The notes beneath the pieces are model-generated. The model ran no database searches, was not told the DNA's origin, and saw only the letters and a list, made by a program, of their open reading frames with translations. The translations under genes were made by a program, and so were the position numbers. A stretch of DNA of 64,000 nucleotides from an uncultured Micavibrio sp. (GTDB taxonomy: Bacteria > Pseudomonadota > Alphaproteobacteria > Micavibrionales > Micavibrionaceae): positions 92,572 to 156,571 of the forward strand of contig CAYGNP010000001.1 of the NCBI GenBank assembly GCA_964351365.1, read 5' to 3'. Below are positions 50,644-61,344 of the stretch, piece by piece. Within the stretch, counting starts at the first letter, position 1. Every line of letters begins with the position of its first letter.

Positions 50644-52464
50644 TTAGGAGGCTGCGCGGCTGAAACGTTTTCTCTCATGTGGGCACAGATACTTCTTACG
50701 CAAGCGAAGAGATGTCGGCGTGACTTCCATGAGTTCATCATCATTTATGTAGGACATCATGTCCTCAAGGCTCATTTTACGCGGCGGGACAAGTGTGACC
50801 GCTTCATCAGAGCCGGAGGCGCGCATGTTGGTCAGTTTCTTACCTTTCAGGACATTGATCTCCAGATCATTCTCACGGTTGTGCTCACCGACAATCATTC
50901 CGGCGTAGACGGGAGTCTGGTGCTCGATGAACATCACGCCGCGGTCTTGCAGGTTGAAAATCGCGTAGGCTACGGCTGATCCTGTCTCAGAAGAAATCAA
51001 AGCTCCGTGGCGGCGCTGGCCGATATCCCCTTTGAAGGATGCGTAGGAATGGAACAGGCGGTTCATGACCCCTGTGCCGCGTGTATCGGTCATGAAGGTG
51101 CTTTGGTAGCCGATCAGTCCGCGAGAAGGCGCGACGAAAATAATCCGGGTTTTGCCAATGCCGGAGGTGCGCATATCAACCATTTCGGCTTTACGGCGGT
51201 TCATTTTATCAATGACGGTAGAGGAATATTCCTCGTCTACATCAATGATGACTTCTTCCATAGGTTCAAGCTTTTCGCCGCTCTCGCTTGTTTGGAAAAG
51301 GACTTTGGGGCGTGAGACAGTTAGCTCAAAGCCTTCACGGCGCATGGTTTCGATGAGCACGCCAAGCTGTAGCTCTCCGCGTCCACCAATTTCAAAGGAG
51401 TCGCGATCATCGCTTTCCTTGAAGGTGATAGCGACGTTGACTTCTGCTTCGGCGAGAAGACGGTTACGGATCATTGTGGAGGTCACTTTTGTGCCTTCTT
51501 GCCCGGCGAAGGGAGAATCGTTCACCGAGATGGTGACGGCCATGGTTGCCGGATCGATTGGCGTTGATTTCACCGCCTGCATGACAGAGGGTGCGCAAAT
51601 TGTATCAGCAACGGATGTTTTGGACAGACCCGCGATACAAACGATATCACCCGCCTTGACCTCTTTGACCGGAACACGCTTGGTGCCATCGAAGGTCAGG
51701 AGTTTTGTTAGGCGGCCATTTTCAACAAGATTACCGTCCAGATCAATTGATTTGACGGTGTCATTGACCTTTGCACGGCCCTGAATGACGCGCCCGGTCA
51801 GGCAGCGGCCCAGATAGGGGTCAGAATCCAGCAAGGTGGCCAGCAAAGCGAAGGGTTTATCGTAATCCACGACTGGCGGTGGCACATGACTGAGGACTGT
51901 TTCGATCAGGGGGCTTAGATCCTTGCGCTCATCGCTCAGTTCCTTTACGCACCAGCCGCTGCGACCAGATGCGTACAGGATCGGGAAATCAAGCTGCGCG
52001 TCATTTGCATCAAGGGAGACGAACAGGTCGAATACTTCGTCAACGACTTCTTCCGGGCGGCCATCGGGGCGATCGATCTTGTTGATGATGACAATCGGTT
52101 TTAAGCCCTGAGCGAGGGCTTTTCCCAGCACGAATTTGGTTTGCGGCATTGGCCCCTCGGCTGCGTCGGTGAGCAGGATCACGCCGTCTGCCATGTGCAG
52201 AACGCGCTCCACCTCTCCGCCGAAATCAGCGTGTCCGGGGGTGTCGATAATGTTTATGCGTGTGCCGCCCCACTGAACGGAGGTTGGTTTGGCCAGAATT
52301 GTAATACCGCGCTCACGCTCCAAAGCGTTGGAGTCCATGACACATGCATCAACGGCCTCGTTTTCACGGAATGCGCCGCTTTGTTTCATAATCGAGTCGA
52401 TCAGGGTTGTTTTCCCGTGGTCAACGTGAGCGATGATTGCGATATTTCTTATACTGTCTGACAT
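50644..52464 (-). CDS. typA: Translational GTPase TypA/BipA
   Basis: ORF 50644..52569. The start chosen is ATG 52464 ([21 protein letters not shown]). [12 protein letters not shown] and NKIDR are the G motifs. Length is about 606 aa. Confidence 0.93.
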   Translation of the reverse strand: MSDSIRNIAIIAHVDHGKTTLIDSIMKQSGAFRENEAVDACVMDSNALERERGITILAKPTSVQWGGTRINIIDTPGHADFGGEVERVLHMADGVILLTDAAEGPMPQTKFVLGKALAQGLKPIVIINKIDRPDGRPEEVVDEVFDLFVSLDANDAQLDFPILYASGRSGWCVKELSDERKDLSPLIETVLSHVPPPVVDYDKPFALLATLLDSDPYLGRCLTGRVIQGRAKVNDTVKSIDLDGNLVENGRLTKLLTFDGTKRVPVKEVKAGDIVCIAGLSKTSVADTICAPSVMQAVKSTPIDPATMAVTISVNDSPFAGQEGTKVTSTMIRNRLLAEAEVNVAITFKESDDRDSFEIGGRGELQLGVLIETMRREGFELTVSRPKVLFQTSESGEKLEPMEEVIIDVDEEYSSTVIDKMNRRKAEMVDMRTSGIGKTRIIFVAPSRGLIGYQSTFMTDTRGTGVMNRLFHSYASFKGDIGQRRHGALISSETGSAVAYAIFNLQDRGVMFIEHQTPVYAGMIVGEHNRENDLEINVLKGKKLTNMRASGSDEAVTLVPPRKMSLEDMMSYINDDELMEVTPTSLRLRKKYLCPHERKRFSRAAS

Positions 52465-52614
52465 TAGTTTTTTGCCGTTCCTCTGAATTTCATCGCCCTC
52501 TAGTAATATAAATTGCGGAAAAAAGCCAATGAAATGTTTTGATTTCGATACAAAGAAGCAATCCAACAAATTTGCCGGATTGCTTCCACTCTCACTTACA
52601 CGTTTTGTGGGGGT

Positions 52615-54732
52615 CTAACGCGCGAGTGTTTTGGCCATGCGCACAAGGTTAATGAACTCTGCGCGGTAGCCAAATTTGTCTTCGCCCTTGCCGGATTGCG
52701 CGAGCGTAATGACATCATCGTAACTGAAGTTGCCTGTATACTCTCCGCCCTTTAAGATTTGCCCGAACGCGGCCACTGCTGTTGCGAAGGCGGTGTCAGG
52801 GCCAGCGCCTTGGTTTTCAATAGGTACGGCCCGGGTGATCAGCTTACTGGTGTTTTCCATCGGCAGTTTATAGCGGATTTTTACAAAACCGTATTCATTT
52901 GCTGGCTCTGGCGCAATAATGCTCTCTTGTTTTTCGCCGTAACGCAGCGGATCAATTGTGCCTGCGTTGCTGCCTGTGGGGACGAACTCATAGATTGCGG
53001 TGACGGTATGGCCTGCGCCCATATCACCGGCGTCGATCTTGTCGTTGTTGAAATCCTCACGCTTAAGGGCGCGTGTTTCATAGCCGATCAGGCGGTACTC
53101 AGACACAGCCGCTGGATTAAACTCCACTTGAAACTTAACATCCTTGGCAATGGGAAACAGCGCAGAGCTTGCCTCCTCGACCAGCACTTTGCGCGCCTCG
53201 CTGAGGGTGTCGATATAGGCGGCAACGCCGTTACCGTTCTGCGCCAGGACTTGCATCAAAGCGTCATTGTAGTTGCCCTGACCAAAACCAAGCACAGAGA
53301 GGAAAATGCCCTTTTCGCGTTTGCGTTCAATATAGCGTTTCAGTTCGTCCTGATTTGTGATGCCGACATTAAAGTCGCCATCGGTGGCCAGAATAACGCG
53401 GTTTATTGCGTTTTCGCTGAAGTTCTGCTCGGCTTGTTGGTAAGCAAGCTCTATGCCTGCTGCGCCTGCTGTGCCGCCGCCCGCGCTGAGATTATTCATC
53501 GCATTGATGATAGTGCTGCTTTGTGACACTTTTGTCGGGGGCATCACCACGCCGGTTGATCCGGCATAGGTCACGATGGAGACGGTATCATCGGGATGGA
53601 GGCTATCAAGGAGCATTTTCATGGAGGCCTTGACCAGCGGCAGTTTATCGCTGCTGTTCATTGAGCCGGAGACGTCAAGCAGGAAAACAAGGTTGCTGCG
53701 CAGCTCTGCTTTATCCAGCTGATAGCCCTTAATACCTACATGCATGAGCTTGCGCCCCTCTGCCCAAGGGCTGTCGGTGACGGCAATTGTGGGTTTGAAG
53801 GGCTCGGCGCGGTTTTCAGGCACGGGATAGTCATAGGTGAAGTAATTGACCATTTCTTCGATACGTACAGAATCCGGATTTGGCAATTGCCCATTATTCA
53901 GGGTTTTGCGCACGAAGGCATAGCTTGCGGTATCCACATCAGAGGAGAAGGTGGATACGGGCTCTGCAGTGACCTGCTTGAAAGGGTTAGATGTGACTTT
54001 CTCAAATTTATTGCGATTTTCTTGCTGTATAACCTGCGGTTCTAAATCGTCTGATAAAACAACCATTTTATCCTGCCCGCTATAAAGCTCAGGTTCTGAT
54101 GGAGGCGATGCGGCTGGTGCATTGTTTGACCATCTATCATCTTTTGCACTCTCTATGCGCTCTTCTTGCAGGAGGCGCCAACGAACTAGAGGATCTTCTC
54201 CACTGATTTCAGGTGTTGCTGAATGTGCGGCTTGCGTATCAACCGGGGCCTGTCTCTCCTTGGAATCATGCTCAAGTCTCGCGTTTTGATTTGGTTTTGT
54301 GTAATCAGGGAGTAGTTTCCCTAAGTCAAATATTGGGCCGCTCGATATATTACTCGACATATTACTTGCGATATGTGCAAAATTGTTTGAGCTGATTGTC
54401 TCGGCATGTGTTTCATGACGCTGAAGTGTATCCTGTAGTTGCGTCAGACTAAGGCCACCAACGAGTACGACGACCATCGCTGTTGCCATGCCACCATAAA
54501 TCCATTTGTTGTTTTTCTGCTTCGTTTTCATTTTACTTTTTCCTCTCATAGGGTTTGTGTTTCCTATAAGACGAGCAAGATTGAGAAATCCTTGGGATTT
54601 TTTTGAATTTTTTTCATTTTGATGCGCTTTGAACTCCGCAACGGCAAGATTCAGCGCGCGTTTCTTAGCGTTTTCATCGATATCGGGTGCGTGATCCTTG
54701 CTTAGGATTTTATCGAGTTTATCGTGATCCAT
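52615..54732 (-). CDS. Membrane anti-sigma-like protein with periplasmic YfbK-type VWA domain
   Basis: ORF 52615..54816. The start chosen is ATG 54732, overlapping the sigma gene stop. The TM is WIYGGMATAMVVVLVGGLSL. STFSSDVDTASYAFVRKTL...EEMVNYFTYDYP is followed by the VWA MIDAS motif LVFLLDVSGSM and a DUF3520-like C-terminus. Confidence 0.75.
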   Translation of the reverse strand: MDHDKLDKILSKDHAPDIDENAKKRALNLAVAEFKAHQNEKNSKKSQGFLNLARLIGNTNPMRGKSKMKTKQKNNKWIYGGMATAMVVVLVGGLSLTQLQDTLQRHETHAETISSNNFAHIASNMSSNISSGPIFDLGKLLPDYTKPNQNARLEHDSKERQAPVDTQAAHSATPEISGEDPLVRWRLLQEERIESAKDDRWSNNAPAASPPSEPELYSGQDKMVVLSDDLEPQVIQQENRNKFEKVTSNPFKQVTAEPVSTFSSDVDTASYAFVRKTLNNGQLPNPDSVRIEEMVNYFTYDYPVPENRAEPFKPTIAVTDSPWAEGRKLMHVGIKGYQLDKAELRSNLVFLLDVSGSMNSSDKLPLVKASMKMLLDSLHPDDTVSIVTYAGSTGVVMPPTKVSQSSTIINAMNNLSAGGGTAGAAGIELAYQQAEQNFSENAINRVILATDGDFNVGITNQDELKRYIERKREKGIFLSVLGFGQGNYNDALMQVLAQNGNGVAAYIDTLSEARKVLVEEASSALFPIAKDVKFQVEFNPAAVSEYRLIGYETRALKREDFNNDKIDAGDMGAGHTVTAIYEFVPTGSNAGTIDPLRYGEKQESIIAPEPANEYGFVKIRYKLPMENTSKLITRAVPIENQGAGPDTAFATAVAAFGQILKGGEYTGNFSYDDVITLAQSGKGEDKFGYRAEFINLVRMAKTLAR

Positions 54733-55264
54733 AGCGCTCCTCCTTTCCAAAGAGTGCCTCAAGTTTTTTACGGGCTTCATGGATTCGCCACGATATGGTG
54801 CTTTCTTTAACACCAACGGCCAGCGCGGCTTCCTTGTGGGAGAGTCCCTGCCCCGCGACCATCAGAAGCGCCTGCTTTTCAGCTTCGGGGAGCTTGTGTA
54901 CCTGTTCCCAAATCTGAGATGCGTAGAGTTTTTCTTCTGTGCAATCGGCGCTTTGCGCAATGATCTCCAGCATTTCTGCGCCCTCTGGGTGCCGGTTTTG
55001 TGATTTGTACCAGTCCTTGGCCGTATTTATAACCAATACGTACAGCCAGCTTGTGAATTTTGAGTTCCCCTTGAAACTGGCAATATTGCGGGCGAGTTTG
55101 ATACAGGCTTCCTGGGTTATATCCTCGGCGTCGCGCCGGTTGCCACAATATTTATAGGCCATTTTGAACATTACCTCGTAATAGACATTCACCAATTCTT
55201 CAAAGGCATCAGAATTACCGCAAGATGCGCGGTTTATCAGCTCTTTTTCGTTGGTTTTTATCAT
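54719..55264 (-). CDS. ECF-type RNA polymerase sigma factor
   Basis: 181 aa. Region 2 is FEELVNVYYEVMFKMAYKYCGNRRDAEDITQEACIKL. Region 4 is LSHKEAALAVGVKESTISWRIHEARKKL. Confidence 0.9.
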   Translation of the reverse strand: MIKTNEKELINRASCGNSDAFEELVNVYYEVMFKMAYKYCGNRRDAEDITQEACIKLARNIASFKGNSKFTSWLYVLVINTAKDWYKSQNRHPEGAEMLEIIAQSADCTEEKLYASQIWEQVHKLPEAEKQALLMVAGQGLSHKEAALAVGVKESTISWRIHEARKKLEALFGKEERYGSR

Positions 55265-55340
55265 GTGTTAAACCGTTATTCTTCAGGATTTTTATATCCT
55301 ATAGAAATAAGACGATGTGAAAAGCAAAATCCTTGGTGGA

Positions 55341-56564
55341 TTATTTATTTGCTATGAGGCGGGCGTAAATAAGATAGGATAAAGGTATCCAGAATATAAC
55401 CCATGCCACACCAAGGTTTGTATAATAACCACCTATATCGACAAGGCCGAATAAAAATCCCGTACTTAACATGATGAGCGGGGCGTATTCCTTATCCTTA
55501 TATGCACATTTAAGCGCTTGTCTCATTGAGAGCAATCCAAGCGCCAGAAACGAGCTGAAACCTATAAAGCCAATTTGCAGCAGAATAGAGAAGTACAAAT
55601 TATGAGCATGGCCAGTGTCGATCGGCATCTTGTCGAAGACAATATAGCGAAATTTTGTGCCCACGCCATGTCCTAATAGAGGTTTTTCCATGATGTGGGC
55701 CCAGGCAATTTGCCATATTTGAAAGCGACCAGTTGTTCCACGTTCAATCATATATAGACCAATATCAGGGACAGATATGAGGATTATGATTGTTAGAATG
55801 GCTAGAATGCTAAAGCCAATACATATTATTTTTGCATGTTTTTTTATTAATTCTGGCGTTGTTAAAAATACAATAAAGAGAATGCCTAATGTTCCAGCAA
55901 ATGCAAAAATAGCGCCGCGTGAGAGCGTTATAAATAAAATTATAAATAGAAAAATAAAACATAATCTGCGCACAAGAGGTTTTGAAAACACTCTGAGTGT
56001 TTGACCCTTTAAAAAAAGAGAGAAAAGTGCAGCTATTCCATACAGAATGCCGGCAAGGTTAGAGTTTTCAGTTCGGCCAAAACCCTCAAGCCGCCAGGTC
56101 TTCTCAGAAGTTCCTAAAAAATAGAAGCTAACGATATCATTCATGCGAAATAATGACAGTGACAGTGCACTTAGAACAGCGCAAAACACGAATATTTCAA
56201 GGGCAGTTTGCCACGATTTGGGATATTTCTTTAGGGTCAATATTATACAAATCATAGTCATGATAATGAATAGTGCCGGTTTGATTTTTTGCCAGATGCG
56301 CTCTGCATCTTCGTTTTGTGACCAGGCGACTGATATTAGTGATATTCCGAGAAATAGAAGTGTAAGGCGCCATAGTAAATCTTTGTTTTTGAATAGCCCC
56401 CAAGCCTGTTCCTTATGAATAGTCAAGAGTCCAAGACACAGCGTCACATAGAGTATATTGCGGTGAATGGATGTATTGAGAAAAAAGAAGCCGCCGAAGA
56501 TTATGCAGAGCATGAGGGCAAGAACGATATTCGGTGTGAGATTGGTTTTTAGTTTATCCAGCAT
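55341..56564 (-). CDS. O-antigen ligase / Wzy_C family polytopic membrane protein
   Basis: ORF 55341..56597. The start chosen is ATG 56564 (MLDKLKTNL). It has about 11 TM and a periplasmic loop with HAHNLYFSILLQIGFIGF, typical of the Wzy_C domain. Confidence 0.75.
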   Translation of the reverse strand: MLDKLKTNLTPNIVLALMLCIIFGGFFFLNTSIHRNILYVTLCLGLLTIHKEQAWGLFKNKDLLWRLTLLFLGISLISVAWSQNEDAERIWQKIKPALFIIMTMICIILTLKKYPKSWQTALEIFVFCAVLSALSLSLFRMNDIVSFYFLGTSEKTWRLEGFGRTENSNLAGILYGIAALFSLFLKGQTLRVFSKPLVRRLCFIFLFIILFITLSRGAIFAFAGTLGILFIVFLTTPELIKKHAKIICIGFSILAILTIIILISVPDIGLYMIERGTTGRFQIWQIAWAHIMEKPLLGHGVGTKFRYIVFDKMPIDTGHAHNLYFSILLQIGFIGFSSFLALGLLSMRQALKCAYKDKEYAPLIMLSTGFLFGLVDIGGYYTNLGVAWVIFWIPLSYLIYARLIANK

Positions 56565-57624
56565 GCACAAACACCATTTTTTCCCACATTTTTGCACAGT
56601 TAAACCATGATCGGCATTGACTGTCCCGTGCTGCTTTTTCCGAGAGGCTCTGCCAGAGTTTATCGTCTTTGAGAATTTTTACGACTGATTCACCCATGGC
56701 GATATCATCTTTGTCTTGAATAATAAAGCCGTTTTTGCCGTGCTCTACACGCTCGGATAGCGAACCGCGCCCATATGTAACTATGGGGACGCCTAAGGCA
56801 CTTGCTTCAGCAGCAGCGTTGCAAAATGTTTCGTCCTTGTGGCCGGGATAAATCATGACCCGGGTGTTTTTTAGTTCTTGGATGAGCTTGTCTTTTGGAA
56901 TTTTTGGCATGAGCATTATTTTGCTACGTTCAAGGTCCTGTAAACTGTAGCTTATTCCAAGTTCTTTTAGAGTAATGTTATCGCCAAGAAATGCTTTAAG
57001 AACGCTATCGGGGGCTTTGGGAGCAACATGCTTTATCCAAATCTCTACAGTTTCGGCAAAGCCGCGATAGGCCTGGGAAAAGTAAATAGCCTGTGTTGGT
57101 GCGGGGCTTTGTGCATTTCGTGAAAAGCCCAGATAGTCCTGACTAAGGCCATGAGGAATTATATATTTTTTTCTGAAGGGATGAAGTTGGCTTGTTGCAG
57201 ATTTTTGTTTTTCACCCAGAAATACCGCATATGGCCGATAGCGCAACAGCGGGACCATGCGAGCCTTACGGATTGTTTTTTCTAACAATATTCGATTATG
57301 AAGCCAAAGAACAGGTATTGCCCCGTTTTTGATAATTTTATGTGCTTGGGATAATAATTTTGCATCGTTATTGGCGATCACAATATCTGCGTCCCTATCG
57401 TTATCACTGAAGGTATCGTAATTTTGCCACATAACGCCGTGATGTATTCCCGATTGATTTTCAGGAACCTGATTAATAACCGTTACATCATGCCCCATAA
57501 GGACAAATGTTTCGGCAAGGGCTGCTGTGCATACACCGATGCCGCCCACGGGGGTATTGCGAATTGATGAGCTGTTATATGGGGTTTGAATACAGTCAAG
57601 AAATAATACGCGCATGCTTCTCAA
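56554..57624 (-). CDS. Glycosyltransferase, GT4-like (GT-B fold)
   Basis: 356 aa. The N-terminus is MRVLFLD...GGIGVC. The C-terminal ETFCNAAAEASALGVPIVT is the E-x7-E region. Confidence 0.8.
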   Translation of the reverse strand: MRSMRVLFLDCIQTPYNSSSIRNTPVGGIGVCTAALAETFVLMGHDVTVINQVPENQSGIHHGVMWQNYDTFSDNDRDADIVIANNDAKLLSQAHKIIKNGAIPVLWLHNRILLEKTIRKARMVPLLRYRPYAVFLGEKQKSATSQLHPFRKKYIIPHGLSQDYLGFSRNAQSPAPTQAIYFSQAYRGFAETVEIWIKHVAPKAPDSVLKAFLGDNITLKELGISYSLQDLERSKIMLMPKIPKDKLIQELKNTRVMIYPGHKDETFCNAAAEASALGVPIVTYGRGSLSERVEHGKNGFIIQDKDDIAMGESVVKILKDDKLWQSLSEKAARDSQCRSWFNCAKMWEKMVFVHAG

Positions 57625-58649
57625 TACCGCTCTAACGGCCAGCGATAATCTCTTGAGAGAGGCTTATCGAAAATACGCTCAATCATATATTGGCATACTT
57701 TATCGACGTGGAAGACGTCATGTACGCGTTCATGGCCTGTACGTGCGATCTGGACACGCTGCTCGTCATTTTGACGGTAATATTTAATTTTATCTATAAG
57801 GTCTTCATTGCCAAAAAAGCTTACGAAGGCGCCTTGTCCTAATACATCTTCGAATTTTGAGCCTTCTGGAATGAAAGCGCAAACTCCGGATGCCATATAC
57901 TGGCTCATGCGACCTGAGGCGTACAGGTAATGATTATCTACTTTGTTCATACTTAAACCCATTTTGGCACGGCTAAGCAGTCGATAGAATTCGGGACCAA
58001 ATACGCGATCTTCGTTAATCCCAGCGCCTCCAATGTGAATATTCAGGTTGCCTTTATGCTCCAGAAGGTATTTTGCTGTCAGGTGGCGGTGGTCGTGCTG
58101 ATCACGCAAATAACTGGCAAGAAATAGAAAATCAATGTCTGCATCAGCATTTTCAAAGGCGCGTTTGTTCTCCAGCGCAGGGTCCACAGGATTTGGCATA
58201 AAATATACGCCGCCAAAGTCATTTGAAAATTGCTTTAACCCCTCACCTGCCGTGGTTATAAAAATACCCTCTACGTGCCCGACGCGCTGATGGATATCTT
58301 CTACGTTTTGCGCGGAGCTGAGAGGGTCAACGTTGCGGTAAAGCATCTTTACACCTGGAAGAATGCGGCGGATTTCTTGCAATGTCTGGTTGGTTATATT
58401 TTTACAATGCCCCAAAATAATCATATGCGGCTCATATTCGCGACAAAGCTCTATAACTTTCTTGTTCATCTTAGCTTTTCCGCGCTTTTGAGAGCGGAAA
58501 ATATTCGCAAAACGTGCATAATCGCGGTCATTGAAAACATAAACATTATGGCCGAGGCGTGTGAAGCCGTTTATAAGCTTTTGTGGCGTAAAATAATATT
58601 TCGCACCATTTATAAAGCCTTGCGCATTTCCCAGATATAATATTCTCAT
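57621..58649 (-). CDS. Glycosyltransferase-like protein (CgeB / Glyco_trans_1_2-like)
   Basis: 342 aa. MRILYLGN... is present, and the C-terminal part has RMSQYMASGVCAF and a Q/R-rich helix as in CgeB-family proteins. ATGA overlap with the downstream GT. Confidence 0.65.
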   Translation of the reverse strand: MRILYLGNAQGFINGAKYYFTPQKLINGFTRLGHNVYVFNDRDYARFANIFRSQKRGKAKMNKKVIELCREYEPHMIILGHCKNITNQTLQEIRRILPGVKMLYRNVDPLSSAQNVEDIHQRVGHVEGIFITTAGEGLKQFSNDFGGVYFMPNPVDPALENKRAFENADADIDFLFLASYLRDQHDHRHLTAKYLLEHKGNLNIHIGGAGINEDRVFGPEFYRLLSRAKMGLSMNKVDNHYLYASGRMSQYMASGVCAFIPEGSKFEDVLGQGAFVSFFGNEDLIDKIKYYRQNDEQRVQIARTGHERVHDVFHVDKVCQYMIERIFDKPLSRDYRWPLERY

Positions 58650-59042
58650 GATTTTGCTCTCTTGCGCTCAAGCTACAAAGAAATGTTCTGCACGGCAATA
58701 TGATTAAATCGCCTAATATTTATATAATTTCATAACTTTGAGTGGTTTATATATGTATCAATGGGTTATTTTTTGATTTTGTTTGGAAAAACTTTAAAAA
58801 AAGTTTGCATTTTTTTTTACAACGGCGTAGATTTTTCGAGTTAACGCAGTTAAAGAAGGAAAAATCCTCGAGATTACGTTAACGGGAGGAGCTAGGCTCT
58901 TACTTTCTTGAGTTTAGTGTGTGTGTATAAGAAAAAAATAACAATAATCTGATTCTTTGCGCAATCCTTTTACATATTATTAACTTTTAACACCTATCCT
59001 TTAGTCGTATAAATTTATTCGCGATTATGGGGAGAGTAAAGA

Positions 59043-60332
59043 GTGATTGACGTGGGCGTAGCGCAGTTAAAACCTGTTGAACAGCATTATTATCCATCGC
59101 GGCTTGCGATGTTTAATGCCGGAGGCGTGAGTGAAATTGCCCTGCGTGCAGGGGAAATGGCGGCAGATAATCATAATCGCCCTGCGGCTGATGTCTTATC
59201 CATTGCAGATTATTTGCGCGCTGATGCCAACCTTGGCCATTTGGCAAATCATCCCAAAGATGTTGCGAATATTCATATTTTTGGGCTTACAGGCTTAGTG
59301 GCTGAACGGGATAAAGCGCATATTGAGCACTACAGTGTTAAAGAGACGCGCGCGGAGCAGGATGGGCCGGAAAATCCTGATACGGATGCTGATGTGTCTA
59401 CGGCCGGGGGTTATCTGAAGCGCGGTATTATGGACCCTGAAGCGTATGCGGGTGCGGAGCGTAAGAGAGCAGAAAGAGCTGTCAGAGCGCTTATTCTGGC
59501 TGAGCAGCTTGAGGCGGAGTTTGCCGCGCTGGAGGCACGGATTGAGGAATTAACCGCTCGGCTTGTTGAAATTGATGCCCGCATAGAGACGCTTGAATTA
59601 AAATCTCGGGAACTCGCAGAGGCGCAAGCTTTGGCAGATGGTGATCTGGATGAAGGCACCGCAAGCGGACGGGCAAATAAAGAACGTCTTTCACGCATTT
59701 TGAGGAAAAACGGGCTCGGGGAGGTTGATGACTTCAGGCATCCCGCCACTGGGGCCGTTGATAGAGGCACAATTTCATCTCAAATTGACGCCGCGAAAGC
59801 CCAAACTGAGCGAGAATTAGAACAGGCTCAGCAAGAGCGTGAGGCGGTGCATGCAGAGTTAGAGGCTGCCGTAAAAAAACGCGATGAAATGGTGCGGGAG
59901 CATCCGGAGTTGCGCGAACGGGCTAGTAGCGTTGCACTTCGCAGTGATATAAGCCCTGCTGATGTGCCATCTGCTGAGGAACAAGCCGCCTATGAAGAAC
60001 GCGTTGAGGAGGATATTACCTTGTTATCTGGTGGCGATCCTGCGCTTATGGATGCCGATTTTGAAGATTTTCTTTTTAATGACGATCCTGTTGTTACAGC
60101 TGAGAATTATGACGCTTTTGCTGACGAACTTTCAATGGGTTGTCCTGAACAGGATAAGGCCATTGATGGAGGCATTCGTGCTGATCTGGCCGGCGGTGAG
60201 GCGGGCACTATTTGCGCAGCTTTTGCCTCGGCGGCGGCTGGTGATACGGTTCCAGACCCTGAAAGTCAAGAGCTGATTAATTTTGCGTACGAACAGAATA
60301 GTTCGCAGCCTGCTCGATCTCTGGTCACTTAA
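59043..60332 (+). CDS. Hypothetical acidic coiled-coil protein
   Basis: 429 aa from GTG 59043 after GGGGAGAG; the start is uncertain. No TM or signal. The centre is heptad-rich (LEAEFAALEARIEELTARLVEIDARIETLELKSRELAEAQ) and the tail is D/E-rich. I recognise no family. Confidence 0.55.
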   Translation: MIDVGVAQLKPVEQHYYPSRLAMFNAGGVSEIALRAGEMAADNHNRPAADVLSIADYLRADANLGHLANHPKDVANIHIFGLTGLVAERDKAHIEHYSVKETRAEQDGPENPDTDADVSTAGGYLKRGIMDPEAYAGAERKRAERAVRALILAEQLEAEFAALEARIEELTARLVEIDARIETLELKSRELAEAQALADGDLDEGTASGRANKERLSRILRKNGLGEVDDFRHPATGAVDRGTISSQIDAAKAQTERELEQAQQEREAVHAELEAAVKKRDEMVREHPELRERASSVALRSDISPADVPSAEEQAAYEERVEEDITLLSGGDPALMDADFEDFLFNDDPVVTAENYDAFADELSMGCPEQDKAIDGGIRADLAGGEAGTICAAFASAAAGDTVPDPESQELINFAYEQNSSQPARSLVT

Positions 60333-60341
60333 TAAGGCTTA

Positions 60342-61226
60342 CTAGTCGTTTTGCGGCCCAGAAGGTTCACTTGAAACCGCAATAGCTTTAGCTTTACCAA
60401 ATGATGGTTCATGAGCTTGTCTTATCGATCGGGCCTGTTCTTCAGTCATTAAATGCAAGCCGCGCGAGAAAGAAAAATCCATTAGAGTTGCCAACTCTTC
60501 TAGAGAATCCGGCAATTCTTGATTTGGTAACATTGCAACCGAATGATCGTTTATAACGACAATCAATGTTCCAGGAGGATAGGAGTGCTCTCTCATCTGC
60601 CCTGGGTTATCAATATCCACTTCAGCGAGACGTTTTTCAGGTTCGTTATACAGTGCGACAATACGGTTGATTTGTGCGCCAAAATCTCGCGCTAAAGGCG
60701 GGATGGCGCGGGTTGGATCACCATTGGCCATTAATTTTTCTACAAATTCTTCAACTTGTTTCATTCTTCCTAGCATATCCATTGCGGGGGGGTTATTTTG
60801 GAATCTTGCTCTGAAAGCCTTACTTGTTTCGCCTTCTCTCCTTGTGACATCAGCAGGCTTAAGAGCGTCTGGCGTTGCCCCAATGACGACGCCAATATAG
60901 GTGTCTGCCTCACCCTTGTCGCGTGCCTGCCTTCTTGCTATTTCAATTAGAGCCTGAAGGGTAGTGGGCCTTCCAAATTTAGGGATGTCAATTTTCTCTC
61001 CAGCAGAGGCAGCAGCGCTGATTTGAGCAGGCGTTTTTTCACCAAAATTTAATGTAGGCACGAAGCCCGGATACCCTTCCCGAAAGAACTTAGGCAAAAC
61101 CTCAGCTCCCTGAGGGGTTGTACTGTCCGTTGGGCGGGGTTGAGGTTGCTGTGCCTCTGAAGAAGGTGCCGCGACCAGAGTCATCGCCACTGTTGCTGCT
61201 GTTGCTAATCTGCTCAGTGCTGACAT
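60342..61226 (-). CDS. Hypothetical secreted protein
   Basis: 294 aa. The signal is MSALSRLATAATVAMTLVAAPSSEA, followed by a Pro/Gln-rich linker. I recognise no family. Confidence 0.6.
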   Translation of the reverse strand: MSALSRLATAATVAMTLVAAPSSEAQQPQPRPTDSTTPQGAEVLPKFFREGYPGFVPTLNFGEKTPAQISAAASAGEKIDIPKFGRPTTLQALIEIARRQARDKGEADTYIGVVIGATPDALKPADVTRREGETSKAFRARFQNNPPAMDMLGRMKQVEEFVEKLMANGDPTRAIPPLARDFGAQINRIVALYNEPEKRLAEVDIDNPGQMREHSYPPGTLIVVINDHSVAMLPNQELPDSLEELATLMDFSFSRGLHLMTEEQARSIRQAHEPSFGKAKAIAVSSEPSGPQND

Positions 61227-61344
61227 AGTTCTAACCCTTCTGTGCGTTGGATTTATTTTTACACGTTCAATTTACAGTTAGGATATTTATATAAAACATA
61301 TCGCCTTTTGACGCAAGCTTTACATATCGAGCATGCTCGTCGCG

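Noticed and set aside
52759-53526. 255-aa plus-strand ORF
   Set aside because: It is antisense to the VWA-domain gene, whose MIDAS and YfbK-type motifs support the minus-strand frame.
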